A stretch of 64,000 bases of DNA from contig OZ316898.1 in NCBI GenBank assembly GCA_973895155.1, positions 12,299,187-12,363,186 on the forward strand. Reading direction: 5' to 3'. The notes under the pieces were generated by a model that searched no databases, was not told the DNA's origin, and saw only the letters and a list, made by a program, of their open reading frames with translations. The position numbers and the translations under genes were made by a program. This stretch comes from Marsupella aquatica. Taxonomy: Eukaryota; Plantae; Marchantiophyta. Each line of letters begins with the position of its first letter. The first letter of the stretch is position 1. Below, in pieces: positions 25,790 through 38,726 of this stretch.

Positions 25790-26170
25790 TATTATCTGTG
25801 GAGCAAACAACATTTTCTCCTCTACCACATCATTTGAATAAAGAGATCTTTTTGGCAACAATATCTTTAGGGCAAACAACATCTTTCACTCCACAACATC
25901 TTTAGTTCAATGGAGTCTTTTGCATAAAGGCTATCTTTTACACAGTGAAATCATTTACACAACGACATCTTTTGTGTAATGTTCTCATACATCAACATTT
26001 TTTGCGCAATGTCATCTTTTACTTCACAATATTTTTGTGCAATGACCTATTCATAATACATTGAATTATTTGAATAGTTTTTAGACTAATCCTACTTAGA
26101 AAGGTTGGTTTTACTTAGTGACATCTTTGCATAACAATATTTTCTAAATGACATCTTTTGCATGATGATA
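25790..26170 (+). repeat. Decayed minisatellite related to the Helitron-internal repeat (acaacatcttt, ttttgtgcaatg)
   Basis: Uses the same words as 31190-31950, but more diverged. Confidence 0.55.
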
Positions 26171-26213
26171 TATATTCCAGAAATTCATGTTTTATGCGTT
26201 TTATGCAAAGAAA

Positions 26214-28790
26214 TCTTCTTCTTCTTCTTCTTCTTCTTCTTTGCCTCAAAAAAACCCAATTAAAATTCATCCAAAAAGCCAGCATACAAAAAGGGTGGCC
26301 CACAAGAGGGGGTCAGCACCCGAGGGGGCCAAACCCAGGGCCAAAAATGAAGGATCCGACACCAGGAGAGAAGCATGCCTCAAAGAAAGGAAGCCAAACC
26401 AGCAAGTTAAACATTACAAAAGGATCAGCTAACCCCAAAACAAATCGGCCAGTGAACAGGTGCCGGTAGGGCACCTAGCTAATGAATCTGCAATATTTAT
26501 AAAGAATTATCAGTCTAGCTTGCACTACTGCTCTACTCCCGCAATACTACTTCTACTCCTGCAAAGATATCACATTTATGGTGGTGTGGGTGGGACAAGT
26601 GGGACCTGTAAAATGTCTACATGAATTTCCCATGGATCATGATCCATAGTTGATGGTCATGTCATTGATGACATTCTCATATGTGGACTTGCCAGCCTTA
26701 ATTTTGTACTGATATCTGGCCCCGTCCCTCTGTAGGTAAATTGCCAATCTATGTCAGGACTTCCGTATGACAACTTGGCCACATGCATGATCTGGTGTGT
26801 TCAATGAAATGTGAGCTCCTGTCCTTCCAGATATGCCAGCAGGCAATAGCCCTCAATGTGTGCCACAATTTCACAAGTGTGTCCCAAGCATCGGGTAAAG
26901 GTGGCCCCACTAAGATGTGAGTTGGATGGAGGACAATGGTGTTACTTCATGTGGTCCATGTGCTCTGCAAGATGAATCCACCCACCCAGACCAAAGATGA
27001 AATTGAATAGCTCCACATTCAGTGTATGAGGCCCTCCTGTTGGTGACGATCATAACGTGAGCACCGTGATGGCGTCACTTGGCGGCAAAATTGGAAGTCT
27101 CCAATGTTGAGTAGCTAGGATCCAATAAACAAGTTGCCATAGGAAGCAATTCTTTGAGGCTGCCCGGAATGTGAGCCAAGTGTTAGTCCACCGGACCCAA
27201 AGGTCCAGCCTCCAATTGAGTTGGGTAACGCCATTTTTGCACCGCATTATGCACTGTTATCCTGAAAGGACCCTGGGTTTCTCTAAGGTGTGCTATGTTG
27301 GTTTCCATCAGAGGAAACCCATCCTTCCATTTGTGTTGAATGAGGATAGCCTGGTGGTCTGCCAATGCGCAAAGAGTGAGCGGTGTAGCACGATGGGCCC
27401 AGATGATAACTTTGTGCAGCATGGTATTTGGAGGAGGAGCATAGGTATCCATCTCTTGCAGCAGGCCGTTGAAAACCTTGAAGGCCCTCTTGAAGGTTCT
27501 TATTGAGTTGGTTGAGTTATGGAATAATTGTCAAGTAGAATTGATATGATTACTCTATATTTTGTATTCCCAAATACATAGAGTGTGATTCGGTAGCCTT
27601 GCTTCCATAAAGACTAGAATTCATTGTCTCAAATGAGAGTGACAAAAGCTCCGATACCCCAATAAGATTTCTGATTAGTCTTCCATAAGCCAAGGCACAA
27701 TTTCCAGGCAGCAAACAATGCGGGCCTTCATCCAACTAATAAACTCTCTGTTACTCTTGAGAACATCCTTCATGTGTCGAACACCCATTCGCCTGATTCT
27801 CCTGTGGGGATTCCGACGGGGATTCCGGGAGCACTTAGCCAGCCTGTGGTCAATATGGTTGAGGTGCGATCTCCAGGAAGCTCTAGCCATCCTTCCATGT
27901 GGGCCGGAGCAATGGGTCTCAAATTCTTCTTAAGCACATTCCATCCATTACAAATGTTAACCCAAACCTAGGATCCATCTCTAGGGAGGGTGTGTCATTG
28001 TGAGTGACCCAAGAGAAGTCCCCTACTCCCCACTTCTGTAAAGAGAAAATCTTGATTGTTTAGTGTGATCATCTTTGGCAAGGGCCTAGAGACTAAAGCT
28101 TCGTGTGAGAGCCCTGCATTGTGCCAAGAGTGAGATCAGCCTTAGACCCCCAAATCTCCTGGGTCAAGGGATCATGGCAAAATTGACCTTAGGCCTCACT
28201 TTCTCGTTCTGTCCAGCCCAAATGCAGGTTGTGGTCTTATTCTGCATTGCGTCTAGGGTGCAGTGTTGCCCGGCCCAAACCGTCAGCAAAAACCAAAGAG
28301 TGTTCATAACCAGGTGGTTGACCACTGTGACCAGGGCAACAAGAGATCCAAAGGCTTTCCTAATCCTACACAATTGAGATTCCAACTTCTTTGTGAGTGT
28401 ACTGACCATTTGTTGCTCAAAGATGCCATCTGCAAAGGGGACGCCATGGAGTTTGGTAGCCGTCGTCGCATCCTCCCAAATCTAGGGTAAACTTTGAAAT
28501 TTGATGGGAAGCTATCGAGGGGAGATGAATGTTGCTTTGGATTTTTCCCAAATATAGAATAATTTGGATGGCATACCAAATAGATCTAGGAGCCGGTTGC
28601 TGTTGTTGACAAACTCCATCACAGCTTGGATCAGCAAACATATTGTGGATGCAATGAACATCCACTGAGGCAAATTGCACTCCTTGGAGGGTGCATTGCC
28701 TGGCTTCCCAAAGAATCATTCGGCTAAGAGCATCCATCGCAATCACAAAAAGCAATGGAGATAGAGGGCACCCTTGCCTCACAGATCTAG
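26214..28790 (-). mobile_element. 5'-truncated, degenerate L1-like LINE (RT C-terminal half to 3' end) with a (GAA)n tail
   Basis: Minus-strand RT motifs RSVRQGCPLSPLLFVIAMDAL, HNMFAD and YLG, plus CIWAGQ...KVNF, broken by many stops and frameshifts. It ends in the (TCT)9 run at 26214-26240. Confidence 0.85.
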
Positions 28791-29194
28791 TGTCTTGCCC
28801 CAAACACAACACTCCACATTGTGTCGAAAATGGATTTTTTCAGGTCTCCATAAGAAAAAGTATTTTTTTCTTTAAAAACAATGTCATTTTAACACAATGC
28901 CCGAGTGTTATGTTTGAATATTGGCGTTGTGTTCAAGATTGGACCCTAAACTATTCTACACTGAGCACAAATAGTAAAACATTCAAGAATCATATGACAA
29001 TGCCAAAATTCAAACACAACATCAATATTCGAGCAAAACGTCCATTTTCAAACACAACGCCCTGTAAATACAAAACAAGAAAACACATAGTCCAAACTTG
29101 AATACAACGTCCAGGGCGCACAATTTGAATAGAGCGTCACATGACCCACTATTTGAATACAAGGTCATGACGTTGTGTTCAGGGGAAGACGGTA
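28790..29194. mobile_element. MITE-like non-autonomous DNA transposon with imperfect TIRs and internal aa(t/a)acaac subrepeats
   Basis: Left end tgtcttgccccaaacacaac matches the reverse complement of the right end, (ta)ccgtcttcccctgaacacaac. Confidence 0.55.
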
Positions 29195-29909
29195 GCCAGA
29201 TCTAGCTAGGTATTGTGCAATGCACGGGGATTGAAATCATCTTAGGTACACATGATATGCAATCCCACCCATTCTCCTCCATAGTCTGTTTACAAATTCA
29301 TTTGGGTGAAAGTAATCATGGTTGTTGTCTGAAATACACTTTTTTGCTCATTATCAACTGCCCAAAATACCCCTATTAGCCCATCATGCTGCACCCAGCC
29401 TGACGGACCTTGCACATCTCACTCGTGTACCTCTGCCTCTTAACTTGGCAGTGCATGGCCTCACACGCTTCCTAGGCAACCCTCTGGTGGCCACCTCCTT
29501 GTATGCCTTGTGCCTTACGGCTTTTGCCTTTATTGCCTCTCCTGCCTTGCCCTTTGTACCTCACCCTCAGGTGCCCTCGTGGAAGTGAGGGGGAGGAGAG
29601 AAAGCAAATGGATAGAGGGACAAAGTTTCAAAAAGAATCAACCTCCTCCCTCTCTGCAGCGCCATGTGACTGAACTAGGATCTCATGACATCGTGGTCAT
29701 TGTCACCTGTCTTGTGCCCTTGTATTGCCTCTCCCCACAAAATCATTTTTGCAGCAAGTGTCAATCAAAACAACAATATTTCTGTGGGAACAACCACCTA
29801 ACTAAAACAATGACACTAGCTTCCATAATGACAAAATTGTATCAACAACCACACAATTGCAATGATGACCTTGTTGAAATGACAATTGACTCCCACAACC
29901 AAACCACAA

Positions 29910-31970
29910 TCCTAAACTATAATACAAAGTTGCGTCTTTTTATGAAGTGGTCGTCATTTAAATTTGCAGTGTCCAAAAAATATTAATCATGTCAGAGAGA
30001 AGGAATAAAAATTATATTAAATTTAGTGTGCACCAAAAAATATTAATACATTACAAACAAACGGGGAATCAAATGGGAGACACAAAAGTAGGGAGCCAAT
30101 GCTAGAACCAATGGGGCACACAAAACAAGAGAGTGAATGTACACGCATGAGTATCAAATAGTATACACATGAAATACAAAACTACATAATATATATGATA
30201 CTATATATTATTGCAAGTATTACAATATTGCAAAATATAATAATGATAGTAATTTAATTAAAATAGGTTAATTAAAAATAAATTAGATTACAAAGACCAT
30301 ATCAAAAGCTATAATAAAATGTTACTTTTTTTTAATTATAGTAGTCATTCAAATCTGCAATATCCCAAAAATGAAAAACATGAAAGAATTATTTCTTTTG
30401 TGAATGAAAATGGAGAGCAATGTTTCCAAGCACAAAATGAATTTAATAGTAAAAACAAATAAGGAGGGTCTCTAGCAATGCAAGAGTAACAAGGAGACCT
30501 CCCTTTATCATGTACCACTATAATCATGATCCGGTCCCTTTACAAACTAAAAAAAGTGACAATCAATCTTGAATGTTTATCAAAACATAAAATTTTCCAC
30601 ACTTTGAGATCTATCCATACACGCCTTCTAAAAGTAAGTTCCTGCCCAAGCTACCCTTTAACCTTCCCATACATGCCACAATTGAAAAAATTAATCAACA
30701 ATTTATTAATAAATTAAAAATTCTAATTTTTTTGAAATAATTTCAAATATAAATAAAATATAAATAAAATATTTCTCATCTTGACATCTTTTATTCATAT
30801 TAAGATCTTCTCATTTCAAGATCTTTGCTCATCTTGACATATTTTACTCACCTTGAGATATTTTCTCACCTCAACATATATATCATATTTGTCTCATTTT
30901 GCCATATTTTTTTCACCTGGTCATATTTATCTCACCACAACATCTTTCTTCACCCTCAACATTTTTTCCTCATATTGATATATTTTTCTCATCGCACCAT
31001 CTTTTCTCTCCTTGACTTATTTTTCTCACCTTCGAATGTTTTTCTCTAATATGACATCTTTTTCTCACCTTGCTATATTTTCTTTCCTTGACATATTTTT
31101 CTCAGCTCGAAATGTTTTTCTCTTATTGACATCTTTTCTCACCTTGATATATTTTCTCACCTCAACATGCATCATTTGTGCAATGCGCAAGTATCAGGTC
31201 CGATATGTACTTAACAACATCTTTTACTTCATAACATCGTTTAGTAATGACATACTTTATCTATTGACCATTTTATACTTAACAACATCTTAATACTTAA
31301 TGACATCTTTGGCATAACGACATCGTTGGTGACATGACATCTACTTATTTGACACAATTTTTTACTTGATGACCTTTTGGGCAACATGCCATCTTTGGCA
31401 AAATGATTTCTTTTTCTTAACAACATCTTTTTACTTCATGACATTTTTCACATAAGAACATCATTCTTGGGAAACACAACATATAATTCTCTTAAGAGCA
31501 TTTTGGGCGCCACAATACTTTCCTCTTAGTGACATCTTGGGGGACACTACATCTTGGGCGCCACAACATCTGTTTTCTTAACAATATCTTGGGCGCCATG
31601 AGATCCTTATTTTAATGATATTTTGGGCGACACAATTTTTTTTGTCTTAACAACATCTTTTGTGCAATGCATGGGTAATTTCCCTCAACGATGTCTTGGC
31701 CGACACAACATATTTCTTCTCAATGATGTCTTTGCCGACACGACATCTTTTTTTCAACGACATCTTGGCCGACATGACAACTTTTTTTCAATGACCTCTT
31801 GGCCAACATGACACCTTTTTTACTCAACGACTTTTTATCTCTCAACCACCTCTTGGCCGACACGACATTTTTTCTCTCCATGACCTCTTGGCTTACACGT
31901 CATCTTTTTTTTCTCAACGACATCTTGGCCGAGACGACTTCTTTTGTGCAACGCACAGGTATTGAGCTCG
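29910..31970 (+). mobile_element. Non-autonomous Helitron, copy 2 (same family as 2884-5945)
   Basis: Starts A|TCCTAAACTATAATA, with ~65 bp homologous to the 5' end of copy 1. Ends TTTTGTGCAACGCACAGGTATTGAG-CTCG|T (CTAG mutated). It contains the same 33-bp minisatellite (31190-31945) plus a ~20-bp one, tttctcaccttgacata (30770-31170). Confidence 0.8.
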
Positions 31971-32326
31971 TGACAACATAATTAGATTGATAACTATACA
32001 ATGCACTAGCACTGGGCTCAGTTCACTTTTCCCAGACTCTCCATTTCCTCAATGACTTCCTTGCGTCAATGACATTTCTGTGCCTCAAGCCGTGCCTCAA
32101 TGGCTTCATTGCCTTGAAGACACCCTTGCGATGATGACACATAACATTATACCTCTTCAACTTACGTGTATCAAAAGTATTTTGTTGACTGACCTACATC
32201 AACCTAATTTTTGAAGCTACTATATGGTGAATGCACATTTCAGATTTTGTCTTATTCAGATTTTTGTATCATGTATTTTCATTTCAATATGCCTTATCAA
32301 GTGGCAGCCTTTGTATTCTATACATT

Positions 32327-32460
32327 TCTAATTAATTTTTAGACCCCTTTAGTTTTAGGTATTCTAGAGGGTTTTGAACTTATTTTGGCAGAATTTCTAA
32401 TTAATTTTTAGACCCCTTTAGTTTTAAGTATTCTAGAGGGTTTTGAACTTATTTTGGCAG
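32327..32460. repeat. ~68-bp tandem duplication
   Basis: ttctaattaatttttagacccctt...tctagagggttttgaacttattttggcag occurs twice. Confidence 0.85.
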
Positions 32461-33399
32461 CCCCTTTTTACATTATGTGTTTTCTTAGAGATGAAACCAA
32501 AGGCTCCACCACCACGAGTGAGAGAAATGACGCTGAAGAACATGAATAGATAGCCTCTTAAGTTCTCTTCATGTTTTTCTTTCCTAGGTTTATGGTTTTT
32601 ATTGAAAGGAGTGTCATTCATAAGGCACCCTGAGTTAAGTGCACACATCGTAGCATCGTTTGACTGTACCTTTTTTTGGTCAGTGTGTTTTTCTTGGCAG
32701 ACACTTTACTTATATAACAGCACTTCTATGCTCTCATATTTTATTTACTTTCAGATCGCTATTTGATCATATGCATATCAAATAGCGATGAGCATGCTAT
32801 ATCACAACATTTTGTTGACTCACCTAGATATTTTCTATACAACTGACAAGCATAGAGCTCATCTTCCTCAAATAGAATTATTTTGCTCAGTATATAAAAT
32901 TTTGAGATAAATACACAATTGTGTGAAATGCCTAGAGAATTCTGACAACATAGACCTAAATTCTTAGAACACAACATTTGAAAACATGCTCAGATGGACA
33001 TATGAAATTCTCATTGATTGTCTTCAATGCTGGTTTATATTATTTTAAATAATATATATAATCTATTTCACAATTCCGGGTGCAAAAAGGGATGGTCCAT
33101 TATTATACTGTGGTCAAACTTGATCACCATTGGAGGATCAAGGTCCAGACAAAGAATTGGAGGAATATTATGTCTTAGATAAAACCTACGTAACAAATTT
33201 CAAAATATTATTTAAAGTATATGCCAACTGGGTTTCCAGTCCGATAGTTTTCAGTGAGGATGACTTGGAACTCATCTACAGTAGTACACTGTCACTTTTC
33301 GTGCAAACAAGAAAAATGCGCCTATTTAAATTGCGTTGGTGGAACACTCTGCAGCCGGAAACTATCTGCAAAATCCCTTGCGCGCCTAATATTAATAGA

Positions 33400-33672
33400 A
33401 TTAAATTTGATTCAGGTAACCTACCAGCCGCCCGGGATGCACGTGAAAGCATAGGGCAATTAAACCCCACCTGCCAAAATACCGCCCCCATCACTAAACT
33501 ACCGGGGGCTCTAAAAATCGCGCACCCGGCAGATCTCTTGAGAGAACCGCCGCTACCCGTGATCGGTGATCCGGACTGGAAGCCACGGTCCACTGATGAA
33601 GGGGCGGCAGGATTCGAACCTGTGACCTGCGGAGAAATGCATTAACTGCTCCTCCACATATCCCAAACCCCG
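33400..33672 (-). other. tRNA-derived SINE-like or Pol III structured RNA candidate
   Basis: Minus strand reads GGGGTTTGGGATATGTGG (A-box-like), then AGGTCACAGGTTCGAATCCTGCCGCCCC (variable loop, T arm, perfect B box, acceptor-like end) about 45 nt later, followed by a GC-rich ~200-nt body. Confidence 0.45.
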
Positions 33673-33949
33673 TGAAATGATGACGAAAGAAAAACAATGC
33701 AGTCCAAATGCGAGCTTGTAACATTGTTTGGATAGTCACCCGCCTGACGGGGTCTTTGACGCCAAAATCGGACGCCGGCGGGTGATGACTTTTAGTGGCA
33801 GGGACATAAAACGGGTTGCTGACTGTAAGGCGGTCCATCGCGGATGCCCGCGGGGAATGCGTGGCCGTTGGATCTCTGATTGGACGGGTGGGATTGCATA
33901 GGAGACCCGAGGATGGACTACGCTACGCCCATGGAACCTCTCCCTGGGG

Positions 33950-35460
33950 ACGGTCAGCAGGTGAGAGGACTGGAAGAGTGTGAGAGAGAGTGCACGAGAG
34001 GCTGAGAGAGAGGGAGGGTCGAGTCCCTCGTCGTCAACAGACATCGAAAGCTTTTTCGGGTTCGCTTTGTTGGTTGAATTGAGGGAAGGGAAGGGAAGGG
34101 AACGAAGAATCTCGATGGGGAGGTGAGCTGAGGAATGAGCAGAGTCCGATGATGGAGAGAGGAACAACGTGGAACTAACGAAGCTGTGCATAAGTTCTGC
34201 CGTTGTTGTGGCGCTGCAGGCTAGAGGAGCAGCCGAGCAGGAGTACTAGTAGTAAAGCTCCGTAGTTCAGTTCAGTTCAGTTCGGCTGACTGGCTGCTTT
34301 GAATGCTCCCTCTGTGAAGCTGTTTGTGTGCAGCGGTCACTCATTCATCATCGCTGCGATTCTCTCGTCTGGTCTCGTCTGGTGTGGTGTGGTGTGGTGT
34401 GGTGTGGTCTCGTGTCGTGTGGCCTGGGCTAGTTCCTTCGTCTCGGTCTGTTTGTTTGCTTGCTGAGCGCGAGGCTCGCTTCCAGTTTAGAAAGAAGTGA
34501 GCGGAGAACGAGAGGGCAGCACCTCGTGTAATTGAGTAGTGCCAGAGGATAGAGAGAGAGCCAGGCAGGCATGCACAGAGAGAGAGAGAGGGCGAGGGGA
34601 GGAGCAGAGGGAGGGAGGGAGGGGGAGGGAGGGGGAGTGAGAGATGGATAGATAGATAGATAGATAGGCTTGCAGGTCGACTTTTGTCTGCTCTCTCGGA
34701 CAATAACAACAGCAGCAGCGCCAACCTTGCCTCGTGCAGGGCAGGGTGTGGTCCTTCCTGCTCTCGGGGGACCGGAGGGAGGGAGGGACTCGAGGGAGGG
34801 AAGAAAGGGGAAGGGAGAGAGACAAAGTACAGTAGTGTATATGATTTTTAAATTGGCAGCATTTTGGAGGAACTTTTTGCTGCGTTAGATAGATCGAAAG
34901 CGAGTGAGCGAGTCGTTCCTTCAGCATTTGCCCTTGTGTCTTGCTTGGCTTCCGCTGTGCTTTGCTTTGCCGTGGCTTGGCTTGGCTCGGCTCGGCTCGG
35001 CTCGGCTCGCCCGTGCACGAGTCGGGTGGTCCGGTATAGGCGCGGGGGAAGGGGACGGGACGGGAGGGGTCGGGTCGAGTCGAGTCGAGTCAGGTCATCG
35101 TGTAAAGTATGAGCATCGTCGTCGCGTCTCGCATCATAGGGTAGAGTAGCGCGTTGCTTGAAGGGAGTGAAGAGGAGAGAGGAGAGGAGAGGAAGCACAC
35201 AACAGTGGAGGAAAGAGGAAGGAAAGGGAGGGGCGGTTGTGTGTGGAGGGAGGGAGGGAGGGAGCGAGAGTCGGCAGTGGGGCACGGCTCGGCTCGGCTC
35301 GGCTCGACTGGAGAAGAAAGGGAATCGAAGGGAACGGAAGCGGAAGGAAGAGACGGAGGGTTAATGGTTCTGGTCCTCGGTCTCGTTGTGGTCGTGTCGT
35401 CTTCGTTTGGTGACCTTGTTCGTAGCACAGCAGCAGAGCAGCAGCAGCAGGGGCATTTTG
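33950..35460. repeat. SSR-rich 5' leader/promoter of the PP2A B' gene: (GGCTC)n, (GTCGA)n, (GTGTG)n, (GATA)n, (GA)n, (GGGA)n, (CAG)n
   Basis: Many short tandem repeats are directly visible. The overlapping ORFs here are low-complexity artefacts. Confidence 0.8.
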
Positions 35461-36351
35461 GGGGTGACGAAGATAGAGGAGTTTGTGTCTCGTGAATAGG
35501 AGCAAGTTAGGGTACGGAGAGTGGAACACATCAGTGTCTTCATCTTAGCGAGCTTTTGGGTGAGGAGCGAAGGTGGGACGATAGCGGCCTGTAGTTTGAG
35601 CCCTGCAGAATTGTGGAAGGCCATTTTCGGGTACTGTCGAGGAAGTGCTGCATCTGGAAAAGACGTCTTGCGAATCTTGACTGACTAATTTAGTGTCTGC
35701 GCTGCGATTGAGACACGAGAGTGAAGTCCTGGGCAGGGCAGTGCATGTGCATATTCGGGGATCGGAAGTCGGAGGAAGGAGGCTCCGGGAGGTGTTCATG
35801 GTGGCGCCCCTGACCTGATGGCATGGGAAACATTCCCCTGTCCAGCATCGGCCGGGCTTTGTAAGACTCGCGTAGCAGAAGCAGTGGAGGAGCGAGGTGC
35901 CTAAGGACATAGCGTGGGTTGTTGTACAGCGACGAGAGGGTTGTTTGCCTCCGAAGTCGCATACAGTCTCGTGCAGATCTACTCCATTGGAATCGAAGCA
36001 TGCGTTATGATAGCTTGGTTTTGTTTGCGAGGCAGGGGTTCAGTTGAACCGGTTGGAGTGTGGAGAACTGTCGAAGTTTGGAGCAGGGTGCTTCCTCCAC
36101 TTCGCAATGGGTAGCTCTTGAGATTTCCTCCTGTTGCGCTCTTCTTATGGACACGATCATTACTGCTGATAGGTCAGGTCGTAGTGCTGGACTTTGATGC
36201 CAATTTGCACCTTGCTGCAAATGCATGGGCGGGTGCTGGTGCGGCCGAAGAGAAAGGGGGAGTGCTGGTAGACATCAATCGTATGCGGGTGCTGACCTTG
36301 CTTAGGATAACTTTAAGATAGAGGCGGTGGGGCAAGGGTAGGCGCCGAGGT

Positions 36352-38726
36352 ATGATTAACAAAATTTCGAAGCGCCTGTCTATTCGCAACAAAGGGAGTA
36401 ACAGGCCGAATGACCCCAATGACCCAGGATCCGCAGGCGCCTCAACTACTGGAGGGGTTGGACCCGCAGCTCCAGCCCCAGCCCCGGCTGCCGCTGCCGC
36501 TCCTGCTGCGGGCCCTAATCTACGCGGAGGAGTAACTGCTCCTGCTGCGGGAGCTAGGGCTGCTGCAGCCCCCAGTAGCAGGAATAACGCTTCAACGGCA
36601 GCAGTACCCCCGAGATTTGGACCAGGAAAGGAGAAGTTGTCACCGAACTTGACGCTCAACAATGGTCCAGGTCCCTTTTTTGATCCTCTGCCTGCTTTCA
36701 GAGACCTTCCAAGTTCTGACAGGCAGAATTTGTTCATTAAAAAGCTCCATCTTTGTTGTTACACTTTCGACTTCACTGACCCCACAAAGAATGTCAAGGA
36801 GAAAGAGATTAAGAGGCAAACCTTATTGGAGCTGGTGGAATACGTGACATCGGGAACAGGGAAGTTTACGGAGGCTGTGTTCGAAGATATCACTAAAATG
36901 CTTGTAACAAACCTGTTTCGTACGCTACCCCCCTCCTCTCATGAAAATACCGGAGCTGATAACTTTGATCCCGAAGAGGAGGAGCCAACCATGGAACCGG
37001 CATGGCCTCATCTTCAAATAGTGTACGAGTTTCTTCTTCGCTACATTGTGTCCCCTGAGACTGATGCTAAGCTAGCGAAGAGATACATCGATCACTCATT
37101 TGTCCTCAGATTACTAGACCTATTTGACTCGGAGGATCCAAGGGAACGAGAATACTTGAAAACAATATTGCATCGCATTTATGGTAAGTTTATGGTACAT
37201 CGTCCTTTCATTCGCAAGGCGATAAATAATATCTTTTATCGTTTCATTTTTGAAACAGAGAAGCACAATGGAATAGCAGAGTTACTGGAAATCCTTGGCA
37301 GTATCATTAATGGATTTGCTCTTCCTCTCAAAGAGGAACACAAGCTATTTCTAGTGCGTGCCCTGATCCCCTTGCATAAGCCCAAGTGTGTGTCAATGTA
37401 CCACCAACAGCTCTCTTATTGTATAACCCAATTCGTGGAAAAGGACTTCAAACTTGCGGACACTGTGATCAGAGGCCTCTTGAAGTACTGGCCAGTGACT
37501 AATAGCCAAAAGGAAGTCCTGTTCTTGGGCGAGTTAGAGGAAGTCTTGGAGGCTACCCAGGCAGCTGAGTTTCAACGGTGCATGGGTCCTTTGTTTCGAC
37601 AAATAGGTCGCTGTCTCAACAGTTCGCACTTTCAGGTAAGCCAGCGTCTTTACCCGTCCTTCTGGTCAAGCCGCTGGGCTTTCTTTGTTGAGAGCAACGG
37701 ATATCGAGAGTTTTTCGCGAACATTTTACGACATTTCTTAAAAGATGCATTTGGGTTTTCTTCTCTTAGTGATAGTTGAATCATTCCTCCTGCTCTGGTT
37801 CGTTCTGTTGTGTAACAGACGATCAGTATATACTCTAGTCGGTGTCCAGTGTTTGGTCGGTATAATGAGCCTGAATCTCCAGTAGAAACAGTTACGATTT
37901 AAGGGTTCCGTGACAGTGTGTCCCTGTTGGCATTCTATCTTAGGTTTTAGCCTCTGTCTCAGGGTGATTTATCTTGGTGTCTCCGTACTGATGACGCTGT
38001 TCAGGGATGTTAGTCTCTGGTTGACTATATTGTTGTTCAGATTATGTTGTGAAACGCTAGTGGTATGTTTATTACTTGAGTATCTGCGGGCTATGTAGTC
38101 GGCTCATACTTGGTTGTACTTTACTGATGTTTCCGTGCAAAACCTGGACTTTGTATTGAATATTGTTAAAGAATTGGTAACAGCTTGTGCCTTTTACTCG
38201 TCAGTGTTACGAACTGGAGCCTGCGTAAATGTATTGGTTTCGCAAGCCAGTTGAACTGAATATCAACTGTGTTTTGTTACCTGAATTGATAAGAGTTCCA
38301 CTTGGATATCTTGCAGTCTTGATACCATTTCCGTATTTGTGTTTCCAGGTGGCAGAGCGGGCCTTATTTTTGTGGAATAACGATCACATTGTAAGTCTGG
38401 TTGCACAGAACAGGCAGGTTGTGCTACCCCTCATTTTTACTGCCTTAGAGAGAAACACCAGGAGCCATTGGAATCAAGCAGTAAACGGGCTTACATTGAA
38501 TGTCAGAAAGATGTTCTTGGAGATGGACCAGGATCTTTTCCAGGAGTGCCAGCGGAAATTTCAAGAAGATGAATCAAAAGCGAAGGAGGTAGAAGAGAAG
38601 CGGGAGACCACATGGAAGCGTCTGGAAGCTGCTGCTTCGACCAGACCTATAAGTACTGAGAATATGTTGAGCTCACTAGGCCTAAACAACAATCTTGCTT
38701 ATGGCAGCAGGGCTATCGTAAGCTAG
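36352..38726 (+). CDS. Protein phosphatase 2A B' (B56) regulatory subunit; exons 36352-37635 and 38349-38726
   Basis: B56 motifs [68 protein letters not shown]|[11 protein letters not shown] and HWNQAV. The intron gtaagc...ttccag lies at the position conserved in plants. Confidence 0.97.

Noticed and set aside
33130-33645. 171-aa ORF
   Set aside because: Starts at TTG, has no recognisable domain, and straddles AT-rich DNA and the tRNA-like element.
33400-33672. Telomerase RNA or canonical tRNA
   Set aside because: No CCCTAAA-type template on the relevant strand, no clear USE/TATA promoter, and no anticodon arm.
33590-33690. Possible hammerhead ribozyme (CTGATGA...GAAA on the plus strand)
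   Set aside because: I could not form stem III with a valid NUH cleavage site, and the stem II closure is irregular.
34341-35624. Many overlapping 70-146 aa ORFs
   Set aside because: Low-complexity translations of microsatellites in the PP2A B' leader.
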